From: Flaccisagitta enflata
Lineage: Eukaryota
Direction of reading: 5' to 3'
Assembly (NCBI GenBank): GCA_965153355.1
Contig: OZ231126.1
Location: 16,182,001 to 16,246,000, forward strand
Length of the DNA: 64,000 bases
Of the stretch, positions 29,228 to 45,268 are shown piece after piece (within the stretch, counting starts at the first letter, position 1; the number at the start of each line of letters is the position of its first letter). The notes below the pieces were generated by a model. That model did not search any database. It was not told the origin of the DNA and saw nothing but the letters and a program-made list of their open reading frames with translations. The translations under genes and the position numbers were made by a program.

Positions 29228-29290
29228 TTCTTCTCCTTCTTCTACCTCTCCTTCTCCATTTCTTCTTCTTCTCCTTTCTCATCCTCCCTC

Positions 29291-29637
29291 TTTTTAGTCG
29301 CGGAGACGCGACTCTACACCTTGCCCTGTCGGTGTTGTTGATAACCATGCAATGTCTAATTGGCGTCGTCATGCCGGCGTAACGGCGCCAATCGAAAAAC
29401 GCGACGATGAGCGATTTTCCCCACACCTCCAGTCAATTGAGGCATGGACCCCGATTTTGTATACTCCGAGAAAGTAACAAACTCTTCCACCAAACGATAA
29501 GGCTGGGGTGTTGAAAGAGTGCCCTGTCGGTCGGTAGGTCTGTCGGTAGGTCCGTCGCAATCCTGAATTGCGAGCGGTTTTCGCATCACTACCGCTGTCC
29601 AACCGTCCGCGACTGTCTTGCCGTGTATCCGGCCTTT
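29291..29637 (+). mobile_element. HINE-like family B interrupted by a short retroposed insert
   Basis: Collinear with the intact copy at 48208-48366 once 29334-29519 and one TSD are removed. Confidence 0.8.
29334..29519 (-). mobile_element. Short SINE/LINE-like 3' fragment
   Basis: 12-bp direct repeat TGCCCTGTCGGT at 29322-29333 and 29520-29531; minus-strand end ...GGTTATCAACAAC (short CAA tail); no TIR. Confidence 0.65.
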
Positions 29638-30152
29638 TTGGGCAGCGGCCCCAAAGGGCCGATGTCCTGTAGAACACAGGGGGGAATTTCCAGATGTTCG
29701 TCCTTCCGTCCGTTCTTCCATCCCCCCACCCCCGCTGGCCATCAAGACCACAAATTTCCCCTCCCAGCCCTCAATTTAGTCTCCAAGGCCTCAAATCAGC
29801 CTTCCAGGCTTATAATCAGCCCCCCTCAGCCTCAAATCTGACCTCCAGACCTTCATTTAGCCTCTTAAGTATCAAACCAGCCCTCTGTGGCTCAAATTTG
29901 CCCTCAAAACCTCAAAACTGCTCTCCAAGCCTTAATTCTGCCCTCCAGCCTTCAAATATGCCTTCAGTGGCCTAAATTAGTCATCTAAGGCCTGAAATAT
30001 GCCCCTCAGGACGTCTGGAAATTCCACCCTGTGTTCTACAGGACATCGGCCCTTTGGGGCAACTGCCCTGCTCTCACTTTACTTCATCACTGGATTACTC
30101 CCAGCAGGGCATCGGGTACCGCTGACCATGTGCAATCCTTGGATGACTAGTT
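29635..30152 (+). mobile_element. HINE-like family A (subtype 2)
   Basis: TTTTTGGGCAGCGGCCCCAAAGGGCCGATGTCCTGTAGAACACAGG arm inverted at ~30025-30068; 3' GGGTACCGCTGACC...ATCCTTGGAT hairpin...AGTT. Confidence 0.85.
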
Positions 30153-30727
30153 CTTATCATGATTAGTGAGTCCTTAGTCGTTCCCAGTGATTCGGTGTTT
30201 CGAGCATCTGTTATGTCGATTATCAGTGACAATTCAGCCTCATGGTCGACTTTGCTCGATTCTCATCTTTTCTTCATCAAATGACCGAAGAAAACGTACA
30301 GGTTTTAATTATTATTATTACGTTTATTTTCGTCAACATAAATGCGACAATTCCATACATCAATCATAAAGTCAAGGCACTACAACTAATGTTTGTTCAG
30401 AAAACGGGAAAAAAAAACAGGGGAAAAAACGGGGGGAAAAAAATTAAAGGATTACCGGAGGGGGGAGGAGGCAGGCAATAAGGAAAAATCGACATCTGTT
30501 TCAATGAAGTGATAGAATACCGGTATTGTTCTTACTCTTATTCGCCTTCAGAGCTTTGGTTGCCAATAAATCACATTTTCTTTCCTTCTCTTTGACTACT
30601 ACTAATAAATTTCGTTATTCATTCATTCGACTGGATAGCTAGCGCGTTACTGTTTCTCTCGGAAACTCGCTTTATTTCAAATTAATATTCAATATAAGCA
30701 AAACATAACACACTTTTAAAAAAAATC

Positions 30728-33225
<2,498 letters not shown>

Positions 33226-33617
33226 AAAATTAAAATGATTGAAATTGAATGATTTAACCAAAATAATCATAAAGATATATCATGATTGATATTTATTTGC
33301 ATAAATTTTATTCAAACATGAAAAGGAACCGAATGAAGCTAAGATTAATAACAAAAATATAATGCAAATCACTGAAAATTTTATTTTTGGTAATTGACAG
33401 GGAGCCTTTTGAAATTCTGAGATTGTATAGAAAATGAAAAAATGAGAAAACAAAAAACATAATTCTCTTCCAAAATCGATTACAAAGAGAACTATGTCTT
33501 TGGAAATGCAAAATTTCCTTGCATTTGAGAGTCTTAGAATTTCAACGGCAAGAACAAACAAAAAAATGTAAGCAAAATTTGATTGAAAACTTTGATTTTC
33601 TTGCTTTTCTCACATGA

Positions 33618-33859
33618 CACCTTGATCTGGGGGCTGAGAAAAACCCGAGATGAATCTCAATAGCTTAAATTACATGAAAAGCATACTTCTAGTTGCCCTA
33701 GTGAGATGAAATTTTACATGAAGAAAGCGGATGGTTTTGCAGAGCTTCAGTTAAAATTTCATCTTACTGGGTTAACTAGAAGTATGCTTTTCATGTAAAT
33801 TAAGCTATTGAAACATGCTAGATTCATCGCGGGTTTTTCTCAGCCTCCAGATCAAGGTG
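33618..33859. mobile_element. Palindromic Transib/RAG-like MITE (CAC termini, 5-bp TSD, 12-RSS-like ends)
   Basis: TSD CATGA at 33613-33617 and 33860-33864; ~100-bp inverted arms; both ends read CACCTTG-N12-AGAAAAACC. Confidence 0.85.
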
Positions 33860-34404
33860 CATGAATTGCATAGTTGAAATTACTTTTGAGGTTGGAATAT
33901 GATAGAAACGTATAAACCAAGTGTCCTAAGAGACAATTTATCTTTTAACATCATTATTGCACCATTATTGTCAAAAAAATTATGCAAAAAGTATGGTGAA
34001 ACACTTAGTTTTCCTTCAAAAATTTGCCGTCATACGAATGTACTCCATGTGGGAGAAAATTTCAAGGTGCATCAGGATGTTCATAGGAGACAACAACTTT
34101 TGATGAATGCCGGATACATCATCACGCCGTGGGGAAGGCCTCTGAGGCCTTTGTAGGTTGCATTGAATGACCGATGGCATGGCTCTGACTTGTTGGAGAC
34201 TTCCTCTATTTTCTTTTTCATTTGAATAAACAAATCGCTCTTCAAAATATGTTTGAAAATAAACAGATTATATCCATTTCACAATGTTTCTTGCCTTACA
34301 TCTTTTAAGAGTAAAGATTTACATTTCCTGTAAAATTTCCACTGGTTCGAAAGGTCGTTTGAACGGTTTTAGTCAATTTTCATCCAGCAAAGAGATAACA
34401 ATAT

Positions 34405-34579
34405 CACTACACGGCTACCCTAGTCGCGAACGGGTGGGCAGCGTCCGTATTTGAGCTCACTAGAGCATTTGGACAGGAGCAGTGAGGCCAACGACAGCAA
34501 AAACATAAAAAAGTGAAAAGTGGACAAACCGACGAATCCACGAACCGACGAACCGACAGACCGGTCAGCAGCGACTAAA
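34405..34579 (-). mobile_element. Degenerate HINE-like family B
   Basis: TACACGGCTACCCTAGTCGCG...GGGTGGGCAG...GCGACTAAA, collinear with 20794-20997. Confidence 0.6.
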
Positions 34580-34634
34580 TAGAAAGAAAGAGCGGAGCGA
34601 AGAAAGGAAAGAAAAAGAAAGAAAGGAAGAAGGA

Positions 34635-34705
<71 letters not shown>

Positions 34706-35251
34706 GGAAAAAAGAAGCGGGAATGAAAGAGGAGGAGAGAAAGAAAGAGTGAATGAAAAAAGAGAGAGAGGATGAAAGAGTGAATGAAAGAAGGAAAGAA
34801 AGAAAGAAAAGAACAATAATGAGAGATAGAAACATGAAGGTATATCAAAGTTTTAACTAAAGACAAGAGGTGAAATATAAAAAGACAAAATGATTTGGAA
34901 AAAAGTCGAAGAGACGAAGTCCCTTCGGTCTTTTTGAGTCCTGCAGAGAAAAACGGATTTCCCTTTGTTTTATGAGGCGTTTGGGGAAGTTGCTGCATTT
35001 TGGGGGCAGAACGAGACTACGCATGAAATTAATAGCTAAGAAAGAGCTAAATCTCCTCTTTCAGATGACGCCAAGCAGAATTCTGTGCGATCGATAATTT
35101 TGGAGCTATGATTTTTTAAATCTTTTTTTATTTTTTCGCATTTTTCGCACTTTTCCCCGAAACGCGGAATCGAGTTAAGTGAAGTCTCTCTCTCTCTCTC
35201 TCTCTTGGTCTGTCTGTCTCTGTCTGTCTGTCTGTCTGTGTCTGTCTGTCT

Positions 35252-35372
<121 letters not shown>

Positions 35373-35437
35373 ATTTTCTCCAGCAGCATTTACGACTTTT
35401 TTCCTACGGCGATTAGCCGCCCTTATTGGTAAAAAGA

Positions 35438-35582
35438 AAAACAAGGCCAAGTAGGCCAATAAGGTGCGACGCGTGGATTGTCGAACGAATGCGTTACCCG
35501 ACTAACCAACCGACCAACCGACCAACCAACGGATACAGCCAGTTATAGAGGCGCTTTGCATAATTTGTCGCACCTAAAAAAT
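35438..35582 (-). mobile_element. HINE-like family D
   Basis: AGGTGCGAC / GTCGCACCT subterminal inverted repeat, (ACCA/ACCG)n, GGCCAAGTAGGCC hairpin, A-run ends. Confidence 0.6.
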
Positions 35583-36284
35583 TCAAGAAAGACAGGCAGT
35601 GAAGGAGAAAAACAAAAGAAAACAAACGAAAAATGAAGTTAGGGAAATCCAAGTCGAAGAAACAGTATGAAGTTCATTAAGAATCGAGGTTACATCTCGA
35701 GAAATCACTAAATAAAGGATCGCAGACAAATCTGGATTGCATTTTGTGCTTTCGACCACCGCTGAGGGCGTTCAGGGTTCTGAAATGATGGGCTCACGTC
35801 TTCTGGAGGTTGTTGAGGGTGTCGAAGTAAAATAAACAATTAACGGTAAAAGAGGAGGGGGGGGGGCAGCAGATTTTTCTTGCTTGATTTATTTTGTTGT
35901 ACAGATGTACAAACATGATGTAATGAGTCAAAATAGAAACGAAAAAAGACTGACAATTGAGCAAACAAATGAGCGTGCTAAGAATTATACGAATAGACAG
36001 ATCTCAAGATAGATAGATAGCTAGATAGATAGTTAAAAGATAGATGTATGCAACGAACAATTAGATCATTGTTTTCGCTTTACCTTGGATTGGATCATCT
36101 GCGGTGTCGAACTCGTATTCCCATGAGAAGTGGCAATGACCTCCAAAAACTTATTTAGTGAGGAGAAAAACAAGGACGGATATACGGCGTCTTACGTCCT
36201 GTGCGGGACTCTAGGTGGGCATTGGGCAGGAGATGTAATGTCGGTATGGACACAGGACGTTTTCGACGATATCGTGCTAATGCT

Positions 36285-36986
36285 AAAAAAACAAGTGACG
36301 CGGGGTTACAATGTCGTTGCGGACGGGTGGACGGGGGCATCCAACCCCCATCCACCCCCCCCCCAACCCACCCCCGACATTCAAACAAGCACAAATTGTC
36401 ATCCAAGGATCGCACATGGTCAGCAATGCCAGATGCCCTGCTTGGAGTGATTAGCTGAAGAATTGGAGTAAGAGCAAGGCAGCGGCCCCAAAGGGCCGAT
36501 GTCCAGGAGGGCATATTTTCCATGATATCCTACGGGAATTTTGCATTTTTTCAATTTCTTGTCGATTTGCCATCTTATTCAATGGGAATTTTACATTTTT
36601 TTCAGTTTTCATCAATTTTCCATGATATTCAAAGGGAAACATGCATTTTTTATTCTTTTTTGGTAAATTTTCCATGTTATTTTATGGGAATTTTGCATTT
36701 TGTCAATTTCCCATGTTATTCAATGGGAATTTGAGGCTTGAGAAGCTAGGGGGGATGTACAGACGGACGGACGGACCATCATATGGACAGACGTATGGAA
36801 ATTCACCCCTGTGTCCTACAGGACATCGGCTCTTTGAGGCCGCTGCCTAAAAAGTATCTTAAACGCTCGTTTTTCCACTTTCCAATTCGATGACCCTGGA
36901 CCAACAGACCAACGGACCAACAGACCAACGGACCGACGGACGGACGGACAAAGCCTCTTATAGAGTTGCGTGTCCGTAACTAAAAA
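36285..36986 (-). mobile_element. HINE-like family C split by a nested family A copy
   Basis: 36285-36392 plus 36853-36986 reconstitute the element at 12406-12654. Confidence 0.75.
36393..36852 (-). mobile_element. HINE-like family A with ~40-bp AT-rich core
   Basis: Collinear with 19612-20050; inserted in an A-run of the family C host with no obvious TSD. Confidence 0.8.
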
Positions 36987-37542
36987 GTACAGTTGACAGA
37001 ATTTGAAATGGAGATGCATATATGCATTAAACAAGGCCAGATGCACGATACCCAAGTTTCGTGTAGGTGAGCAGAGGCAGTGATGTGGGTGGCTGCTTAA
37101 GACACTATGCCTATGACATTTAGGGCAGGGGTAATAATGCGAGAATTGCCCTCTACTCGAACACCAAAAAGTATAAAAAAAATAAGAACCGGATGTTTCA
37201 CCGATGGAGGGAAGGACAGACGGAGGGATCGAAGTCACGGATGATTAAGTCTCGTGCTGGTCTAGATGTTCTTTCCTGTTTCTTTAGTGAAGTCGTTGTT
37301 TTTTGAACGTGGAGAAATGTTGTTTTAACAACCGAGAACTAACGATCAACATCGTCTATTAGCGATACTGCTGGATGGTGTGTCCGTCCGTGACTCACGC
37401 TCCTCTTTCTGGCCGTCAGTAAAGAATTTTCTTCATCTCCGCACCTTACCAATTTTAAACCAGAAATGCGCGCATTCCACAGCAACTTTGGGAACCACAT
37501 TTAAATTTTCGTCATTTTATTGCTTATGTAATATGTAATCAT

Positions 37543-38088
37543 CAGGCCTTTTTTTAGTGATTTTTTTTTTTTTGGCAGAGCGAACCGGGCTCTCTCCTCA
37601 CAATTTTACAGAGCCCGATGGCTAAACAGCGAGCCCGGCAAAAAAACAATGTTGAGTGAAAGGCTCAATGAATTGTGTGTGTGGAGGGGGGGCTCAAAGA
37701 TAGTGAGGAAATTTGCTAGAAAACATTTGGGCGGAAGAAGTGACAAAATCACTTGTAAATGCCATAATAGGAATAAGTCAGTTCTAAGGATATGCCAACT
37801 TTTTATACCATCAATATTAGACGCATATACATGATAAAAATGAGATGCTTTACTTGTTTATCAATAAACATTTGACAGGGTGACATGGTAGAAGTTCATT
37901 CTTGTCACTTTTAACTTGTGAATTGGATTTTCTTCTTAGGATTTTACAAGAACCTTTCAATCCATTTGAGTTCAAAACATGGTTTCAATTTTGAGAGAGC
38001 CAGGTGGGCTAAGAGCCAGTGAAACCAGAGAGCCCGAAAGCAAAATAGAGAGCCACGGGCTCGCGGGCTCGCTCTAAAAAAAGGCCTG
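37543..38088. mobile_element. hAT-type MITE
   Basis: TIR CAGGCCTTTTTTTAG; GTAATCAT at 37535-37542 and 38090-38097 (one extra base on the right); subterminal GAGCC/GGCTC motifs. Confidence 0.75.
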
Positions 38089-38274
38089 AGTAATCATCCA
38101 TGTCAGTGACATTATGCGGTATCATCAACGTTATGCGGTATCGGACATTCTTAATCTCTAAAGAAATATTTCTTTGCTGGATTGCATAAAGAGAAATTCT
38201 CTATTTTTCATATTTTCGTTGTCTTATGAAAGAAAGAATGAAAGAGAGAAATGAGAGAGAGAGAGAGAGAGAGA

Positions 38275-38377
<103 letters not shown>

Positions 38378-38919
38378 ATTATACTATAGATACATATACA
38401 TAGTTACCACATTAGTCGGGCAGCACTAATGACTAATGAATGAAGCTGGAGGAACGTTTTCGTTGGGTCTAAGTAGGCATGATGCCGCTCAACATATTTG
38501 CATCATAATAATCGATCATAAATGAAGTAGACTTTTTTTGAAATGGGTAGATTGCATGGTAGTTCAGCTGCAGTGTTGAAAAAATGTTGCTTAGGTCTGA
38601 CACTAATTGCTAATACAGATAGTTACAGGGCTTTCCGCAATTGCAACGGTTGAATTCACATTTCATTAAATAAGTCGTGAGTATTTGTCAACTAGTCAAA
38701 GCCTGAATATTATCACGTGCAGGTAGGTATGGGCACTGAAAAAAAGGTATTTTTTCAGTGGACACTGGATAGGGGCACTTGTATAACATGATGGGGTAAA
38801 TCACTGGGTCAATGAACTTATTACAAATGTTGAAAGTTTGGCTAGACATGTAATGAAATATAATTCAATCTAAATCCAAATCAATTTCACTTTCTCCATT
38901 GCGGATCTAAAATGACTTA

Positions 38920-40018
38920 CAGTATGATGGGAGCAATGGCGACCTAGACTGGAGGATAGATTTTAAGTACCTTAATTCTATTTGTAATATAAAATATTTG
39001 AGATTTAGGCTAATCAAAGGTTGCTTTATTGAGTGAAAATGTTTACGTCTCTCAAACTTCAACTTGCAACTTGACCTCATCAAGACTTCATTTTTCAAAG
39101 TTTTAACCTATCTCAATAGATCGGGTGGAAAATTTCATAAAGTTTTGAAAAAAAAATCAGCTCAATCGGTCTATTTTTACAGGTTTTTCCACCTTCTACA
39201 GATTGCTATCATTTTGCGAGAAACAAAAATAAAAAAGCTTCTCCAGAAAGTGATAGTCTGCTCTCTATCGATTATTTTTAGAACAAGATTCTAGATTTGG
39301 GATGATATGTTGATGACAAAATTGCAAGGGGCAGTATTGATATGAGGGACTGTTGTAGGACACATATAGGTTAAATGGTAAGAGACAACACAGGGTAGAA
39401 TAGTTAAAAAAAGTTATTTAGTTAAAATGTGACTTTTTTATAATGAAATTTTGTTAGTGATTTGCCCTGATTGTGAGTGAGGTTTTGTACAGGGGGCCAA
39501 AAATGAGGTTCATTTCACTCTATGATAGACCATTTACGAGTTATAAGCAAAAAAAGAAAAATAGAAAAAAATTTCAACTATCGATTTTTTCACTGTTTTG
39601 AATAAATTTAAAGACTATCACTTTGAGGAGCCTCCCTGAGAGGGCCATCCTATTTCGTCAGTCTGGAGAGTGTGTTACAGCCATTTTAAGTTTTGCTTAA
39701 AAACTAATTTGCATAACTTTTGTTTATTAAGCATAGTTGTAAAACCTGTAAAAATAGTCTGATTGGGCTGATCTTTTTTTTTAAGTTATATAAAATTTTT
39801 CACCCAATCTCATGAAATTGGTTAGAACCTTGAAAAATGAAGTCTTGATGAGGTCAAGTCACAAGTTGAGGTTTAAGAGATGCAAATGCTTTCACTCGAT
39901 AGAGCAACTTTAATTAGCCTAGATCTCAAATATTTCATGAAACAAAAAAAAAAGAAAAAAAATCAGGAAACCTAAGATCTATCCTCCAGTCTAGGTCGTC
40001 ATTGCTCTCACCGTACTG
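38920..40018. mobile_element. Tc1/mariner-type long-TIR (foldback) element containing a nested CAC element
   Basis: TA|CAGTA...TACTG|TA; inverted arms of roughly 270 bp (e.g. GACCTAGACTGGAGGATAGAT and CTTGACCTCATCAAGACTTCATTTTTCAA mirrored). Confidence 0.85.
39190..39674. mobile_element. Second copy of the CAC-terminated 4-bp-TSD element (Chapaev-like)
   Basis: Reverse complement of 14542-15170 without the nested MITE; flanks TTTC/TTAC, and the host's mirror arm indicates TTAC as the original target. Confidence 0.75.
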
Positions 40019-40774
40019 TAGATAGATTGATTCTTCTTTTTTAATGTGAACGATTTTTTCCGTTATGAGATTCGTGCTTTTCATGATATATTCAAGGTCC
40101 GGTTTTTCCAAAAGGAAGTATGCAACGCTGACAATCCCTGAAAAGTTATAACTAATATTCATTCTAACTCGCCAAGAGACATATAAATCCGTTGATCAGA
40201 TCAGACCTGATTTTATTGGCTTGTGATTTGGCACCTCTTTTATGCATCAAAATTCATGATAGCAGGATTTTTTGGCGATAGGCATGGCGAATGACATTGC
40301 AAAAGTTGACAATTTTTTTCATCGACCAACGTCAACGACAAATGACAAATGACAAATGACAAATGATAAGTTTCAATGACCAAGAAGGCAATATCAATGC
40401 ATTTGTACTAGACATTATTGAATGATCTTCTTAAGTAAGGACTCGACGATGAATGACCTTGAGAATGATATGGACAGAGGACAATGACAATGACTGTGGC
40501 CAATGCCAATGACAAATGCAAATAACAGAACTCTACAACGAAAGACAATGACAACATTTTTCCTCTGCAGTGAAATTTGTGTCGGTCCATGAACTCGTTT
40601 AAATACGACTAAATATCTGTCATTCTACGTCTATACATCTGTTCATCTTTCTCTCTGTGCGTCCCTGTATCTCTCCGTGTCCCATCTGTCTCTGTCTCTG
40701 TCTCTCTCTGTCTGTCTTTGTCTTTGTCTGTCTCTCTGTATCTCTGTCTGTCTGTCTGTCTGCCTGTCTGTCTC

Positions 40775-40930
<156 letters not shown>

Positions 40931-41241
40931 CCATACAAACACTTATTCATTCCACATGTTGACATTGGGTTTTAAAGTCCCATTTCAACAACAGCGCAAC
41001 AAGATCAATCAATTCTGACTCTGAACAAGTGAGACGCGAGTATTCAAAGCTCGCCTCTCAGTCTTATTTGCGGGACACTTGAAGAAGCTGCGTTCGTCTT
41101 TTTTTTTTTAAACCTTTCTAAACAACCAAAAAAACGGTCAAAACAGTCTACAGGTCCAGTTTGGACGGCGCAAAGTGAAAACAAGCCGAATAGGCCAAAT
41201 ACACACACAACTACATTCGAGCTGTAATTGCCAAAACTGCA

Positions 41242-41630
41242 GCTGAGGTGCGATATCGCACCCTAGCAGCAAAGACAACAAGAAAATATTTATTTTGATT
41301 TAAAATAAAGTAGATACCTCAAAACTTCATCAGATGTTCCTACACCTTAAAATCAGATGATGGATTATACGCATTAAGTCCTCAAAAAAGAAAAACACAG
41401 TTTGTCATACATTATTTGAAAGTATGTTTTTCCACGATTTTCATTGATTTGCTAAAAAATCTATCTATAAGTTTCCTCATAACTACATAGCTTATGCAAA
41501 TTTAGAGTGAAAGTTCCAATATCAACAAAAGCCCTGATAATAAAAAGAGAGCAAAAAAGACAAAAAAAGAATAAGAGTAAGAAAAAAAAGTGAGGATTGT
41601 AGCTGCTAAGATGCGATATCGTACCTCAGC
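41242..41630. repeat. Inverted-repeat element with palindromic arms (probable MITE)
   Basis: 29-bp inverted repeat GCTGAGGTGCGATATCGCACCCTAGCAGC at 41242-41270 and 41602-41630; TSD not identified. Confidence 0.5.
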
Positions 41631-42929
41631 AGCATTAGCCTTAACTGGGGGTTTTTACCGGACCTCAGCAGTCCCCCCCTACATTCTCCTTTCATTCCTT
41701 CCTCCCTTTTTCCCTTCCTTCCTCCCCTCCTGTCTCCCTTCCATTCCTTCCTTCCTCGCTCCCTTCCTTGCTCCCTTCCTTTCTCCGTTCTTCCTTCCTC
41801 CTTCCCTCTTGCCTTCTCTCCTTTCTTATTCCTGCTTTGCTTGCTTTCTTCCTTTCCTCCTTCCTTCCTTCCATTCTTAGCTACCTTCCTCCCTCCCTTA
41901 CTTTCTCCCTTTCTTCCCTTAATTCCTTCCTACCTTCCATCCTTCCTTCCTTTCTTCCTTCCTTCCTCTTTTCCTACCTTCCTTCCTTCTTAATCTTTCT
42001 TTAAAAACCAAAGTAAAAAATGTAGAAATATTTCGGATGAACGGACGGACGGACAGACGGACGGACGGCCCGACAGAGCAACGTGTAGAGCCGCGTACAC
42101 GCGACAAAAAAGAAGCTTACACAGTATCGCTCTTTTTTTCCTTCTACCTTTTAAAAGTTATATGTTTTAGATTCAGATTCTTTCAATAAAACAAAAGATT
42201 TATGACGCTTACATTCTTTTTTGGCTTTGTTCTTAAAACTCAAAATCGTCATCAATCGTCACAACAATCGCCGAATCTGATAACGAAAACTATTGACATT
42301 CGTGAAAAATTCACAAGGTACTTATGAATCGATAAATCGGCGCAATTTTCGCGATTTTTTTTTCTTTCCTTTTTTTTTCTCTTTTGATAATTCCCTGTTG
42401 TTAATATTATTCCCTGTTGTTACCAATATCATTGTTATTATTGTTATTATTGTAAATTGTTATTTTCATTGTTATTGTTATTGTTGCCTCACAATTTACA
42501 ACAAGTTGGAGAATGATGAAGAATGAAATGTTAGTTTGTAGCGCATCTTAGGTAGTCGTGCCGAATGCTTTTGGTTCGCCACTGTCATTTCTTTGACGAA
42601 TATAATATCATTCATTGTTATTGTTATTGTTATTGGTATTGGTATTTTTATTGTTATTGTTATTGTTATAACTATTAATATTAATTGATTTTCCATTAGC
42701 CCATTTGCTCATCGTGCAGCCCTCGTGAATGTGTGTCTTTGGGTGTGTTCATTATTTCCATCTTTGTTAATCAACTGTTCAATATTTTTGCCAATTTTTC
42801 TTTTCAAACAAGCAATTGACTTGCGTTTCCCATAACAGATATTCTGTTGTCCATCGATCTAATTCAGGAAACAAGAGAGGACGACGATTTCATATCAAAC
42901 TTAATTTGAAAAACAAAAAGATACACAAG

Positions 42930-43176
42930 ATGATCTCTTCTTTTGGCGATTCCTCCGCGCCTTTTCCCTCTTCCTCCTCTCCCTCCTATCCTCCTCCCAC
43001 CGACACTTTCGATTTCCGCCTTCAGTCGACGACGCCGCCGCCACCGACTTCCAAGTTCCTCTTGAAGACCCTTCCGGGGATTCTCTTGGCGGTCGTTTCC
43101 ATCTTCTGCAACGCCGTCGTCATCGTCATTTGCTGCATCGCTAAAACGCGTAAAAAACGACCTCCGGTTTATTACG
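42930..43176 (+). CDS. Class A (rhodopsin-like) GPCR, exon 1 (N-terminus + TM1)
   Basis: ATG 42930; LPGILLAVVSIFCNAVVIVICC is TM1-like with conserved Asn; phase-1 GT donor at 43177. Confidence 0.75.
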
Positions 43177-44111
43177 GTGTGTACTTATATTTTCACACTC
43201 GTTGCCGTAGTCGTAGTCTTGACTCATCAGCGTCCGACTATAAAAATGATAATCGGCATTCATCAGTAACGTCAGTGCACTTAAGGCTTGGTCATTACGC
43301 AAGGAGCTAATTTGCATATTGCCGACTCAGCAGTTTTATCCTCTTAGCAGGATCCAACAACCGCAATATGGAAAAATGTACTTGAAAAACGTCACATCGC
43401 GATTTGTGATTCTTAATAGTGCTCTAAGGTATAATTGCGTCCATAAGTTTGGTCCAAATCATACTGCATGTGCTCATCAGTATCATCAACGTCATTCATT
43501 AAACAATTATAATCTATTCAAATTCGTTTGAAATCGCACATTACTTCTGGCGAAGAAGCGCTTTTCCTTCTTAAGCATTTTGATAGGTTCGCGGATGTGG
43601 ACCTCAGATATACGGTGCGAGGAGGGCAGCTGCGGTCTTAGCTGCAGTTGGTTGCTACGGCGTCGAAACGCATTTTGCACAGTTGTACTTCGAGGGAGAT
43701 AACAACATGGCCGGATACATAGTCTGGGGTCGTTGGCATGGCCAGGGGTCGTGTTGCAAAAATTGCTCAATAATGAAAATTTGTTATGGACTGGCCAAGA
43801 ATACAAAAATGAAATATTTTTCTTAATTGTTTAAAAACAAAAATTAAAAAAATTGTACCACCCACCCAATTAATTTGTCCGACGATTGGTTGGAGAATCA
43901 GCTGCATTCTTTTTAATCGCGTACATGCTCGGTCGATCGTTCCGCCCGTCCTTCTGATGGTCGGTGGCACTTGGTATTTTCGTTTTTGCATCAACGCCTC
44001 CAATGACCAATATAGCTTCTTCATCACTACTCTTAACCACTCGCACGCGATTCATCGACTTTGACTGGTTTTTACGTGCTTTCGTTCTTACGTCCTTTCA
44101 TCTGTAATCAG

Positions 44112-44501
44112 ATCACGCAGCGCATAACAGCACCAACGCGTCGTCAATCTCGGGTTCTACCGTGTCTTTGAGCGTGCCGCCTTCCACGTCCACGTCGATC
44201 GATTCCTCCGATTTGGCGTCCGCGTCGACGACATCGACGACATCGACGACGACTCCCGCCAACTCACCAAACATGTCGTCGACTCTTTCTCTCCCGACGT
44301 CGTCGTCGGCGCGCTCGAGTTGCTGTAACGAAGAAGTAGCCGGAAGTCGACGCCATCTACAGTCTCAATGCCGCAAAGCCAGTTTTATCAGCACGTGCTC
44401 ATTTGACATCACGGCTGTTTTGAAAGAGAAGGACCGTCGGGAAGGTTACGGCTTTGATGACGGGAATGACAACGACGACGATGAGGGCAACAACAACAAC
44501 G

Positions 44502-44594
<93 letters not shown>

Positions 44595-44975
44595 CCATCT
44601 ACACATTTCACCTCATCATCCGCACGTCGCGCCAAATCATCTACAACTTCCATCGCAACATCTCCAGATTCCACCTCAGCATCTACAGAGGCAGTCTCTG
44701 TACCTTCAGTCGCCCTCCCAGCAGCTGCAAGCTCGTCGCGGATCCGCATTCTCGACGCTGGCGGTATCATCGTCCTCACCTTCGTCTCCCTCGACATGTT
44801 CACGTCTATCAAGCCGGAGGTCGGCCAACTGTTTGGTCGACGTGGAGCAGAATCGGACTCAGCAAGTGCTCCGTCGACTCAACGTCTCCATCAGTTCCAA
44901 ATTCGGCATCCACGTGATGCTCTTAGCCGCCGTGGACATCTTGGTAGCGGTTGCGTTTTTAGTGTATAATTTCAG
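44112..44975 (+). CDS. GPCR exon 2 (very long low-complexity ICL1 + TM2)
   Basis: Phase-1 acceptor AATCAG|; ends HVMLLAAVDILVAVAFLVYNF (LAxxD motif), phase-2 donor at 44976. Needs a 1-nt correction in the (AAC)n run at ~44551. Confidence 0.65.
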
Positions 44976-44984
44976 GTGCGATGT

Positions 44985-45268
<284 letters not shown>

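Noticed and set aside
39190-39230. 23-RSS-like end on the Chapaev-like element (CACCTTC...ACAAAAATA)
   Set aside because: Spacer is 26 nt, the A-tract is not conserved in the 15170 copy, and the TSD is 4 bp.
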